Shown here: piece after piece, positions 31,248-40,327 of the stretch | Numbering within the stretch: position 1 is the first letter of the stretch | Layout of the letters: each line of letters opens with the position of its first letter | Virus record (IMG/VR): IMGVR_UViG_3300037010_001275 | Coordinates: 1 to 64,000 of that record | Strand: one strand, 5' to 3' | DNA: 64,000 bases | From: a virus | The notes under the pieces: model-generated | The model's input: only the letters and a program-made list of their open reading frames with translations | Told to the model about the DNA's origin: nothing | Database searches by the model: none | Made by a program: the position numbers and the translations under genes

Positions 31248-32453
31248 CTATATATTACGCACGAGAATGAGCTTCTCCTCAGCACGAGTTACAGCTGTAT
31301 AGAGCCAACGTTTGTGAAACTCGCGATCACCGAACTTTTCTTCGATCACGATCGGTTTTCGGTATGATGACCCCTGACTTTTGTGGCAGGTGACAGCGTA
31401 TGCGAAATCCATTTTGATAAGAGTCTGGCGTTTCATGAAGTACCGCTCTTCATTGATAGTCTCAAACTGTCTCGACCCGTCAAAGTATGGCTTCAAGGCT
31501 ACCAGACGCCAGTTCTCCACCGAGGTCGATATCGTCTTCTCGAGGTCGAGCTGTCGACCTCCGAAGTCGATTTCGCGACGGAAGCTGTGCGTCACACCGA
31601 CACAGTCAGTGAGGCTCATATGGTTATTGTCCTCGGCGCTTTCGATCACCAGCCCGTTGAATAAGCCAAGGTCTCGATAGTTCTCTAGGATCATTACGGG
31701 CTCGTCGACAGCTGGCATATTACCCGGCTTGAAGCCCTTCAACTTCCGGATGAGACGATTGTAGTATTTTCGTGTCTCGTTCTTACCCACGATCATTTGA
31801 TCAGTCTTGAGTAGTAGGTCGTCATCGAGGTCATCCTCTTCAATAATCCAGACACCCTTACCGTACTTCCCGAATGGGATCCTCTTACCCTGACGGATGT
31901 CCATCGAAAGTCGGATGATTGGGGAGTCTGCTGCCTGTCGATGGACCTCAGTCAGCTCTGACTCAGCTTCCATCATGAATTTACCGTTCTTGTCAGACGG
32001 GTCATTTGAAATGGGAGGCAGCTGGCCAGAGTCGCCAACGAAGAGGATCGGCACGCCGAAGCTCAGAAGATCGTCGCGCATAGTCTTGGAGACCATGGAC
32101 GCCTCATCAATGATGATGAGGGAGTAGAGGGAGCGGATCTCCTCGGGGGGCCGCTTGATGAAGATGTAGTCGCCATTCGGCAACTCTTCGGCCTTATAGG
32201 CGAGGGAGTGGATTGTCTTAGCTTCGGGGATACCCTTCTTTCGAAGGACGGACGCAGCCTTGTGTGTGAATGCGACCACAGCAATCTGCTTATTGCTTTG
32301 GAATTCTTCACAGGTCATCAGGAACTTCATAATCGACGTTTTACCGGTTCCAGCAAAGCCCTTCAGTCTCCAGAACGGCTGCATGCGGTCGATGTACCAT
32401 GTCTTAATCTCGAAGATTGCCCTTGTTTGTTCGTCTGTCAGGGTGAAGCTCAT
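31248..32453 (-). CDS. Dda/RecD-like SF1 DNA helicase
   Basis: GFAGTGKT, TIHS, DEASM, GD.GQLPP, HRQ, AYAVTCHKSQGS, YTAVTRA. Confidence 0.92.
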   Translation of the reverse strand: MSFTLTDEQTRAIFEIKTWYIDRMQPFWRLKGFAGTGKTSIMKFLMTCEEFQSNKQIAVVAFTHKAASVLRKKGIPEAKTIHSLAYKAEELPNGDYIFIKRPPEEIRSLYSLIIIDEASMVSKTMRDDLLSFGVPILFVGDSGQLPPISNDPSDKNGKFMMEAESELTEVHRQAADSPIIRLSMDIRQGKRIPFGKYGKGVWIIEEDDLDDDLLLKTDQMIVGKNETRKYYNRLIRKLKGFKPGNMPAVDEPVMILENYRDLGLFNGLVIESAEDNNHMSLTDCVGVTHSFRREIDFGGRQLDLEKTISTSVENWRLVALKPYFDGSRQFETINEERYFMKRQTLIKMDFAYAVTCHKSQGSSYRKPIVIEEKFGDREFHKRWLYTAVTRAEEKLILVRNI

Positions 32454-32504
32454 AGCTCTCCTTAAATGGGGTATCGAATTGTTCGATGGTGAACTCAGTA
32501 GCCT

Positions 32505-32879
32505 TCAGATGGAAATAGAAGCTGCGGAGTTGTAGTAGACATCTGACATATTATATATGCCCAACTTCCAAATCTCGCTGAGACAATGCTCTTGAATCCT
32601 TGTGATTGCCTTTTGGGAAAGCGGTTTATAGATGTTCTTGGAGAGTTTACATCAAAACTCGACGCGGTAGGTCACGGAGTCCGTCCGGGTCACAGAAACA
32701 GACTCGAAGAGCCTACTAGGGATTTTGAGCTCTGCATCACATTGTACAACGAAGTCCTTTATGAGTTTTTCGGTGTGGCTCAAAGTGAGCCTCCCTGCGC
32801 TTGCAATATGACTTTAGTGTATAAGGTCTGCAATCACATCCGACTTCGCGGACAAGAGTGACAACCCGTTTGATCCCAT
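32505..32879 (-). pseudogene. Possible decayed ORF with two in-frame stops
   Basis: 125 codons from ATG at 32879 reading in phage-like codons, interrupted by TAA and TGA. Confidence 0.3.
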
Positions 32880-32979
32880 GTCTACGCAAATGCTGGTGAT
32901 ATTTTGTATAGGCTAACTGGAAGTTGGGCTGTTTAAGATCGATTAACTATAGGATAACTGAGACAACTAATAAGGAAAC

Positions 32980-33783
32980 GTGATGGCCTTGAAATCAATT
33001 AACGAGATCTCGCGCGACGGCCTGATGCGCGGGATCGTTGTCAACAATGAAGATCCTCAGCTTGAGGGAAGAGTGGCCCTCAATGTGCCAAAGTTCATCA
33101 CTAAGCACGACCCCAATAAGGTCATGCCAGTTAAATTGGAGGAGCAGATCAATGTTGACAATTTGCGCAACGAGGAAATCAAGGACTTTGTTCCTTCATC
33201 TGTGAAGACTGCGAATTACATTTGGTTTCGTCCAGTCTTCAACAATAACTTTCTCGTACCATACATCGGTCAGGTAGTCTACTGCTTCTTCGAGGACGGA
33301 GATCCTAACAAGCCGTACTACTATCCCCATGCCGCCACGCTAAACGGTGAGGTGACTCCAATGGACAAACTTAAGGCGACCGCCGACAAGTTTGACGCTG
33401 ATAAAAAACCGAAAATTCATGTCCTCGCTGAGTTTAAGGATGGCACAATCATCTACCACAACGAGAACGCGAAGACAAAACGGTTCGCGATCACGTTCAA
33501 GAACAACCATTCAATCAGCATCAATGAAAATCCCGAAGAGAACTCGATCGAGTTTATCACGCAATCCAAACACCGTATAGTTCTGGATCAGCTGAACAAA
33601 CACATCACTATCAAGACATCTGAGGGCCATGTCGGTACATTCGATGATCTTAATAAGAAGATTCAGATTATGACGACTGGGGGTCACAACGTCTTATTGG
33701 ATGATAAGGCAGGCCAGATCACCGTACAGGCATCCAGCGGTGGAGTGATCAAAATAGGAGGCGGAATCACCAGTATCAACTAA
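32980..33783 (+). CDS. Baseplate central spike (gp5/VgrG-like OB fold plus beta-helix)
   Basis: GIVVNNEDP..EGRV, VP.IG..V.C.FEDGDPN.PYY, C-terminal H.I.LDD repeats. No lysozyme domain. Confidence 0.85.
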   Translation: MMALKSINEISRDGLMRGIVVNNEDPQLEGRVALNVPKFITKHDPNKVMPVKLEEQINVDNLRNEEIKDFVPSSVKTANYIWFRPVFNNNFLVPYIGQVVYCFFEDGDPNKPYYYPHAATLNGEVTPMDKLKATADKFDADKKPKIHVLAEFKDGTIIYHNENAKTKRFAITFKNNHSISINENPEENSIEFITQSKHRIVLDQLNKHITIKTSEGHVGTFDDLNKKIQIMTTGGHNVLLDDKAGQITVQASSGGVIKIGGGITSIN

Positions 33784-33795
33784 GCAAAAAAAAAA

Positions 33796-33826
33796 GTCCG
33801 ATAGGAGCACGAGGCTCCTATCGGAC
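33796..33826. terminator. Terminator hairpin between convergent genes
   Basis: GTCCGATAGGAGC/GCTCCTATCGGAC with adjacent A run. Confidence 0.75.
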
Positions 33827-33867
33827 AAATGCCCCTTTTGAGCGAGGCGGGGGTATAACAAACCTTG

Positions 33868-34677
33868 TCAGGCTGCGAATTTTTCCTTCAGTGCCGTAAG
33901 CTTTTCGAGACTTACTGCAGGCTGAGCAGCAGCTTTGGCGGATGTGAAGTAATCCTCCGGAAAACCGATGTACTCGGTCTTCTTAAAGGAAGTCGTCAAA
34001 GCCTTGACCAATTTCGGGTCAAGACTTACACAGCCTTGCACGAGAGAAGCTTTTGCACCGAGGTTCTGTAGCTCATTTAGGAACGTCCAGAAACGGAACA
34101 TAACCAGCGTGCGGCGGCGCTCGTCGAAGGTCAGTTCCGTCTTCGGGTCAATAGCGTCAATGACGAACTGCGGCAGGTTGATGCGAGACTTCTCGGCGAA
34201 TACCGGCATGGTAACGCGCTTCTCTTCGGTTGCATCAGCCTGTTTGTGGAACACGGTGATGACAATGCCATTTTCACCCTCGACATCCTTCAACAGCGGC
34301 CAGTCCTCTTTGTCGAAGCCGACGAAACGGACAGTGCTGTTCGGGATCATTCGCTCGATCTGACCGAGCAGATAGCTACCAATGAGGTAGCCGTTCTCGA
34401 TGGCGAAGTTGGTTGCGTCAGTAGCAGCGATCAGGGACTCGATGCGGCACAGTGCCTCGAACCACTTCACTGCGCGTCGAATCTGTGCGTCACTTAAGGG
34501 TTTGGGACCCTTTTGATCATCCTTTTTGTGGCGAGAGTTCTGCTGCTGAATACAGCTCTGGACGAAGCGGGGGAGCTGAGGAAATTCCGCGCCTTTCTTA
34601 GACGGGACCGTCACAATTGCGACGGCTTCGGCCTGGATCTTCTGGGGAGCGTTTTTGTAGTGGAAGGTGACTTTCAT
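33868..34677 (-). CDS. Hypothetical protein with internal duplication
   Basis: Two similar halves (LP.FV...I ... R....F..L ... G...G ... GF..ED). Confidence 0.65.
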   Translation of the reverse strand: MKVTFHYKNAPQKIQAEAVAIVTVPSKKGAEFPQLPRFVQSCIQQQNSRHKKDDQKGPKPLSDAQIRRAVKWFEALCRIESLIAATDATNFAIENGYLIGSYLLGQIERMIPNSTVRFVGFDKEDWPLLKDVEGENGIVITVFHKQADATEEKRVTMPVFAEKSRINLPQFVIDAIDPKTELTFDERRRTLVMFRFWTFLNELQNLGAKASLVQGCVSLDPKLVKALTTSFKKTEYIGFPEDYFTSAKAAAQPAVSLEKLTALKEKFAA

Positions 34678-34838
34678 GAACGTGTCCTCGTTGTTTGGTT
34701 GTTGGATGGTGACTTGTAAGCAAACCGACGCTATCATTGGTCGTCAGCATTAAAAGAATATATCGGTGATTTATGAATAGATACCTCTCGCTCGTTATAA
34801 CTCATAAATAATCACCGAGCAATGTACTGTTGATCATT

Positions 34839-35573
34839 ATGGTAAAGAAAAAGAAAGACCAGACAAAAGTTATTGATCAAGAAGTGGAGGAAGCCCAGTC
34901 GGAGCAACAAGGTACACCGCCATGGGAAGACCCACCGGCATCTATTGCCGTCGAGATTGACCAGATCGAGGCTCCCGACGACAACGTTGAGATTCTTGGG
35001 AAGAATCAGGAGTACTCGCTGACAATGTATCTCGACCCTGACGTTGAAGCGAAATTCTTCGTTCGCTTTATTAAGAAGGTCGAGCAACTGGTGCGATCTA
35101 ACCCCGATTACAAAGATTATATCACGCTCCTTCGCGATGAGATGGGCCTTGACACCTGTGCTTACCTCGGCAAGGTAGATGTCAACAAGGCTGAGATCCA
35201 GCTCCATCATTGCATCAGCAATCTTTACACGATCTGTGTCACAGTGTGCAACCGTCTGATGAAGACTGGCAAACAGGTGACAAGTTTCATCCTCGCCGAC
35301 GAGGTCGTCAGGCTCCACATGAACGACAAGATCGCCCTTGTCCCGCTCACCACGACGATGCATGAGTTGGTCCACGCTGGAAAGATCAAGATCCCGAAGA
35401 ACGTCATTTTTGGGAACTACCATGAATACTTTGAGGAACATAAAGAGTACATGGATGAGTACGAGCTGAAGCTCTATGAGGATATCGAGGGCTTTGAAGT
35501 GCTCAATTCCAAGGAGATTTTAATGCTTACTACTCCGATCAAGGAAACCGAAACTAAGGAAGAAGAGTTATGA
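34839..35573 (+). CDS. Conserved jumbo-phage protein, His-rich HNH-like (paralogue A)
   Basis: IQLHH...LH...LVPLTTTMHELVH.G. Confidence 0.7.
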   Translation: MVKKKKDQTKVIDQEVEEAQSEQQGTPPWEDPPASIAVEIDQIEAPDDNVEILGKNQEYSLTMYLDPDVEAKFFVRFIKKVEQLVRSNPDYKDYITLLRDEMGLDTCAYLGKVDVNKAEIQLHHCISNLYTICVTVCNRLMKTGKQVTSFILADEVVRLHMNDKIALVPLTTTMHELVHAGKIKIPKNVIFGNYHEYFEEHKEYMDEYELKLYEDIEGFEVLNSKEILMLTTPIKETETKEEEL

Positions 35574-35854
35574 AATCCGTTCAAGCACTCGTAGAGGAGC
35601 TTCTCTATGAGAAAAAGATATCTAAGTTCGAGAAGCTTAAGCAGAACAAAGTAAAGCTAACTGACGAGGAGCGGTCGAAGGTCGCTGCTGCCAAGGCTGA
35701 GTGGAGTGATGGCCGTAGTGCTGTCTGGAAGTCCGTCTGCCCGAAAACTGGCAAAACCACTTACGTCACGCATACGCACCGCGCCTACCAGACTGCTGAT
35801 AGCGTCGAGGGAGCATGCAGCAAATTCCACAAGTTCATCAAGAGTACCGCATAG
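35570..35854 (+). CDS. Small basic protein
   Basis: ATGA overlap. Y.THTHRAYQ motif. Confidence 0.65.
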   Translation: MKSVQALVEELLYEKKISKFEKLKQNKVKLTDEERSKVAAAKAEWSDGRSAVWKSVCPKTGKTTYVTHTHRAYQTADSVEGACSKFHKFIKSTA

Positions 35855-35864
35855 GGAGACACCG

Positions 35865-36548
35865 ATGACCGGGAGAAAAGAGAAGCAGCCGCCGAAGGAG
35901 CGTGATCCCGGAGTACGCTCACTCTATGGGAAACCTGCGTTTTACGCGCTATATAATCTTGAGAACAACGAGAAAAATAAGAAGAAGTTTATCAAGAACG
36001 TAGAGAGCATGGTACGCTCCTCTCATGAGTACAGGAACTTTCTCACTTACCTCAAGCAGGAAGCCGAGCTAACGTATTGCGCCATCATGAACGGACTCGA
36101 TGCCGACGTTATGAAGGACATCTCGCTCGAGATTCACCACTACCCGTATACGCTGTATGACATCACGGAGGCCGTTCTCGATCGACATCTGATGAACAAC
36201 CTCGATTTCACCCGGCTCAGTATCGCCCACGAAGTCATGGGCCTGCACTTCTCGTTACAGGTCGGCCTCGTGCCGCTAACACTCACGATGCACCAGATGG
36301 CCCACACCGGAAATATTCTCATCGACATGGACCACGTTTTCGGCGATTACAAAAAGTTCTCGAAGGATTACGGGCTGTACTTGTCCGACGAGGCAAAGGG
36401 CCGATACATGCACTACTACCAGCGTACAAAGAACAAAGAGCTGATCAGACAGTTCAATACTGACAAGCTCACGATCAATCAAAAGCTCTTCCTGCTCCCG
36501 GAGCCGAAGGGCGAAAACAAGGATGAAGACGATGAAGAATCTTTTTAA
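35865..36548 (+). CDS. Conserved jumbo-phage protein, His-rich HNH-like (paralogue B)
   Basis: LEIHHYP...LH...GLVPLTLTMHQMAH.G. Start after GGGAG SD. Confidence 0.7.
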   Translation: MTGRKEKQPPKERDPGVRSLYGKPAFYALYNLENNEKNKKKFIKNVESMVRSSHEYRNFLTYLKQEAELTYCAIMNGLDADVMKDISLEIHHYPYTLYDITEAVLDRHLMNNLDFTRLSIAHEVMGLHFSLQVGLVPLTLTMHQMAHTGNILIDMDHVFGDYKKFSKDYGLYLSDEAKGRYMHYYQRTKNKELIRQFNTDKLTINQKLFLLPEPKGENKDEDDEESF

Positions 36549-36897
36549 GTGGCTTTTCTCTATGTACCGAAGAAAGTCCGTAGACAAGCGCCCCGCGACC
36601 ACATTTGCCCCAGCCAACTTCAAGCAGGACACGGAATGCCTGCTTAGCGTGATCAGCACGTTCATCGAGAATGAGCGATTCAAGATTACGATCGCACAGA
36701 AGAAGATCCTGTCCGACAGCGATCTAGTAGAGATCGCGAACGTCGTGACGCTTCGCACCATCGCCACCCTTTCTGAAGACTATAAGACCCTACTACAGAG
36801 GTACTTCTCTAAGGAGGAGCTCACCACGTTTATCTCTGAAATCGTCGTACGCAACGTCGTCCAGCTCGGTCTCGACGTGAACCGCAAGGTTGTGTAA
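36523..36897 (+). CDS. Hypothetical protein
   Basis: Overlapping ORF in the late operon. Confidence 0.6.
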   Translation: MKTMKNLFKWLFSMYRRKSVDKRPATTFAPANFKQDTECLLSVISTFIENERFKITIAQKKILSDSDLVEIANVVTLRTIATLSEDYKTLLQRYFSKEELTTFISEIVVRNVVQLGLDVNRKVV

Positions 36898-36941
36898 AAA
36901 AAAAAGACCCATCCGCCCAAAGGCTGGATGGGTCTTTTGCT

Positions 36942-37262
36942 TTATTTGGCTTCCGTCTCCTCTGAGTCCTCGTGATCGTAAGGGCCGTCGAACTCATCAT
37001 CATTGTCATCTTCTATTTCCAGCTCAGTCAGCGGTTCGCTCTCATGAAGGCCGTCGAACACAGAGCAGATATAGATACCGACCGTGTCATATAGCTGCTC
37101 GATGTCCTTGGCAGACATGGACTCAACGTCATCGTTTTCATCGAACTCGATGAGTTCAACGTACACCGCCTTGCGGATCTCGTCCGAGGTCGGGTTCCCG
37201 TCGAGGTGAAGAATGATGGTCTCGTTGGATGCAGTGTCAAAAGCGGTGATAGTCTTAGGCAT
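36942..37262 (-). CDS. Very acidic small protein (possible DNA mimic)
   Basis: AAGGAG SD. Strongly D/E-rich. Confidence 0.65.
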   Translation of the reverse strand: MPKTITAFDTASNETIILHLDGNPTSDEIRKAVYVELIEFDENDDVESMSAKDIEQLYDTVGIYICSVFDGLHESEPLTELEIEDDNDDEFDGPYDHEDSEETEAK

Positions 37263-37277
37263 GTTGCTTCTCCTTGG

Positions 37278-38048
37278 TTAAATTATGATACGGATGAGAG
37301 GTAACAGAATGTTCTCATAGTTATATGAGATGTCTAGGTCGTCCACGGACTCGTCGTCAGCGTGTTCGATGAAGACCGTGTAGCCCTTCATAGAGCTGGT
37401 CAGGCGGTAGGCGGCGTTTGGTCCGAGCTCCTTGTAGTAACTGTGACAGAGCTCTCGACCGACGTAAGCCTGTCGAATCTCCTTGATATATTCAAACAGG
37501 AATCTTCGATCCTTGTATTCGGCAAACTCGAGGACCTTGCGGACTTCCTCAAGCAGCGTCTCCACCGGGTCTAGCTCGGAGTCGAACCCCTTGTACCAGA
37601 ATTTCCCGGTCTTAGAGTTCAGGAAGAACTCCTTTTTGCCGAGGAGAAGGTATGAGGTTGCGGTTTCCCGGAGCGTGAACTCGACGTACTCGCCGAACCT
37701 CGTTGTTTCGATATTGGTGTCGTAGAGCGTGATCGAGTCCTTTTTAATGCTAAGAACTTTTTCGTTCTCAACTCCGTTCTCTTCGCGAAAGAGCTTCACA
37801 TATTTCCGGAAGCCAGCAAAGAGGGATTTGGTGAATTCCTTGTGTTCGCCAGAGTAGATGCCGATCTCGATGTGTCGGCGCTTCTTATCGAGCCTTGCCA
37901 GTCGCCGGAGGAAGTCTCTCGATAGTAGCTTCTCGTTTCTAGCGACCGAGTAGCCACCCTCGACGATGTCGTATTCGATGATCCTCTTATTCCTCAAGTA
38001 CACGACATCGTCGTTGAGGTAGACCAGTCGGTCAAGATTCACTTGCAT
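37278..38048 (-). CDS. Putative stand-alone family-B polymerase palm-like protein
   Basis: IIEYDI and SIKKDSI resemble PolB motifs A and C. Inference only. Confidence 0.45.
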   Translation of the reverse strand: MQVNLDRLVYLNDDVVYLRNKRIIEYDIVEGGYSVARNEKLLSRDFLRRLARLDKKRRHIEIGIYSGEHKEFTKSLFAGFRKYVKLFREENGVENEKVLSIKKDSITLYDTNIETTRFGEYVEFTLRETATSYLLLGKKEFFLNSKTGKFWYKGFDSELDPVETLLEEVRKVLEFAEYKDRRFLFEYIKEIRQAYVGRELCHSYYKELGPNAAYRLTSSMKGYTVFIEHADDESVDDLDISYNYENILLPLIRIII

Positions 38049-38062
38049 TTTCCCTTTTCCTC

Positions 38063-38108
38063 ATATATAATACATACGAACACCGAGTCAATCATGGAAA
38101 TTATATAT
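38063..38108. promoter_or_regulatory. Face-to-face pair of ATATATAAT early-type promoters
   Basis: ATATATAAT on + at 38063-38071 and on - at 38100-38108. Confidence 0.6.
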
Positions 38109-38150
38109 ACGTCTTGGTATTTTAGAAGAGTTGAAAGGAGAAGTCCACTG

Positions 38151-38162
38151 AACACATTACTA
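38151..38162 (+). promoter_or_regulatory. AR9-type late promoter AACA-N6-TA (representative of ~14 sites)
   Basis: AACA CATTAC TA. See findings for the full list. Confidence 0.75.
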
Positions 38163-38219
38163 ATTTAGGGTCCGATCCGGCCCTACAAATTTCGAGCGAA
38201 TATGAAAGGAAGAGCATAA

Positions 38220-39572
38220 ATGCTAAATGTAAAACCGAGAGACATCCAGAGCGAGTTCAATGAGCTGGCGCTTGTGACCAACTACGAGGCACTCGACAAC
38301 GATTTCCGCTTCACGGCGGACGGCGTCTTCTCCGAGCGGATCTTCGGGTTCATGACGAACGGCGTCGATCATTCCTGTGAGTGTGGAAAGTTTCAGGGTT
38401 CGTTCAACCTTGGACACACCTGTGATGCGTGCGGTACGAAGGTGACGTTCAGGGGGTTACAGTTAGCGCGGGAAGGCTGGGTCGACTTGCGCTATCCAGC
38501 CCTACACCCAGTCTTCTTCCGCTATTTACGGAAGATCATCGGAGCGACGGCGCTGAATGACATCCTAAACTACAAGATGAAGATCAATGTCAATGGAACT
38601 CCGGTGGAAGTCCCAATGGAGGCACCTTTCAAGGGGATCGGGATGTTCCGTTTCATTGAAAACCTCGACGACATCGCCCAACATTTCCTCGACAAAAAGA
38701 AGGACCCAGCCAAGTGGCGTGACTGGCAGTTCTTTAAGGAAAACGAGGAGATAGCATACATCGACAAGTTCCCAATTATCAATAGCCGCCTTCGCCCCGG
38801 CAACGTCATTAACGGCGAGTTTCAGTTCGACGAGATCAACAACCTGTACAATGCGATCATCAGGAACTCGGAGACACTCGGCAGCTTCACGGATATCGAG
38901 GCGACCGAGTCGAACATTCTGACGTTGGTCTATAAAAACCAAATGCTCATCAACGAGATCTTCGACACGATCCTCGAAACCCTCTCGAACAAAGAAGGTT
39001 TCATTCGGAACAGTCTGATCGGTTCCCGACTGAACCTCTCAGCCAGGAATGTGATTACGCCACTGTCTGGCGAGTACAAGATGAACGACTGCGTCGTGCC
39101 CTATAAGACAGCGATGGAGCTCATGAAGCCACTAATCCTTCGCAAGTTGCAAAAGATCAAACGCGTCCCGATCCAGCAGGCGCAGAAGATTTGGTTCGAG
39201 GCTACCCTTACGTACAATAAGCTCGTCCATGCAGTGATGCGTGATATCGCCAAGAACGAGAACGTCAAGATTCTTCTGAACCGTAACCCGACCATCAACG
39301 TCGGATCGATCCTGTTGCTCAACATCGCTGACGTAAAAGGCGACATGAGCGATGTCACACTGAGTATCAGTAATCTTGTGTTGCCGTTGCTTGGTGCCGA
39401 CTACGATGGTGACGTGCTCAACATCGTTCTTGTTGTCTCGAAGCGGTTCGTCGAGATGTTTGCGCCCTTCCAGCCGTCGAATTTCGTAATCAACTGTGAC
39501 AGTGGCGACTTCAATGGCAGCTTTAAGCCCTTCAAGGATATCGAGGTCGGGCTGCAGTCACTCTTGAACTAA
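38220..39572 (+). CDS. Phage multisubunit RNA polymerase beta' N-terminal subunit (AR9 gp270-like)
   Basis: DGVFSERIFG, zinc-binding CECG...CDAC, G.R.N.SAR.VI.P, LNRNPT, catalytic GADYDGD. Confidence 0.93.
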   Translation: MLNVKPRDIQSEFNELALVTNYEALDNDFRFTADGVFSERIFGFMTNGVDHSCECGKFQGSFNLGHTCDACGTKVTFRGLQLAREGWVDLRYPALHPVFFRYLRKIIGATALNDILNYKMKINVNGTPVEVPMEAPFKGIGMFRFIENLDDIAQHFLDKKKDPAKWRDWQFFKENEEIAYIDKFPIINSRLRPGNVINGEFQFDEINNLYNAIIRNSETLGSFTDIEATESNILTLVYKNQMLINEIFDTILETLSNKEGFIRNSLIGSRLNLSARNVITPLSGEYKMNDCVVPYKTAMELMKPLILRKLQKIKRVPIQQAQKIWFEATLTYNKLVHAVMRDIAKNENVKILLNRNPTINVGSILLLNIADVKGDMSDVTLSISNLVLPLLGADYDGDVLNIVLVVSKRFVEMFAPFQPSNFVINCDSGDFNGSFKPFKDIEVGLQSLLN

Positions 39573-39590
39573 TTTTGTTTTAGAAAGTTA

Positions 39591-39629
39591 GACCACTACG
39601 AGGAATCCTCGTAGTGGTCTTTTTTTTTT
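39591..39629 (+). terminator. Intrinsic terminator
   Basis: GACCACTACGAGG/CCTCGTAGTGGTC followed by T10. Confidence 0.8.
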
Positions 39630-39630
39630 A

Positions 39631-40248
39631 TTATGTAAGCCCTAGCCGCTTGGCGTAGCTGCGAAATGTGCCACGGAATTCATACCTCAACGTCCGGTTT
39701 CCTTTAAAATCGTGCGGCGCGGGGATCCGATCATCGCGGAAGAGCTTAATATTAGCAATCTGGAGGATCTCTGCAACGAACGTACTACAGATGTACTCGT
39801 TCCGGAGGTTCTCATCGTGCTCAAAGATCTTAACACCAGTAAGCTGGTTAATGGTCGCCTTCAACAGTGTAAGTCGTGAGTAGAAGAACGATCGTCTGTT
39901 CTTCATCATGTAGTCGATACGTTCTCTAATTCGGCTTAAGGCTTCCATTGTGACGTCAATAGAATACACGATAAACTCTGCGAGAGGATCAAATTTGTCA
40001 ATTGTCTCGATCATGATCGAATTCTCGCCGAGATCGAAAGTGAAGAGCTTCTTTAAGTCTCGGTCAAAGGAAAGCGAAATATGGTTGTAGTTCTGCCGGG
40101 TAATCAGAGATGCCACCTTCGAGAAGGCAGTCTTCGTGTTTGTTAGAACGATGTAGATCTTAGCCTTTACGGCATCCACGGCGTCTTCGATGCTGATTGA
40201 GTCCTCCGTGAGATACCTGATAAAGATCTCGTCGGCTGCTCCGTTCAT
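39631..40248 (-). CDS. Permuted papain-like (NlpC/P60, YiiX/YaeF-type) protein
   Basis: His motif YNHISLSFD precedes Cys motif YICSTFVAEIL. Confidence 0.7.
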   Translation of the reverse strand: MNGAADEIFIRYLTEDSISIEDAVDAVKAKIYIVLTNTKTAFSKVASLITRQNYNHISLSFDRDLKKLFTFDLGENSIMIETIDKFDPLAEFIVYSIDVTMEALSRIRERIDYMMKNRRSFFYSRLTLLKATINQLTGVKIFEHDENLRNEYICSTFVAEILQIANIKLFRDDRIPAPHDFKGNRTLRYEFRGTFRSYAKRLGLT

Positions 40249-40327
40249 ATTGGTTCCTTTGAATATACCATCTATTATTAAGTTACATCGCCAACAACTA
40301 GTTAACGTAATTTGACGAGGAAAAACG

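Noticed and set aside
32559-32929. 12-bp inverted repeat GCCCAACTTCCA flanking ~370 bp (MITE or invertible segment)
   Set aside because: About one such match is expected by chance in 64 kb. No target duplication or recombinase is visible.
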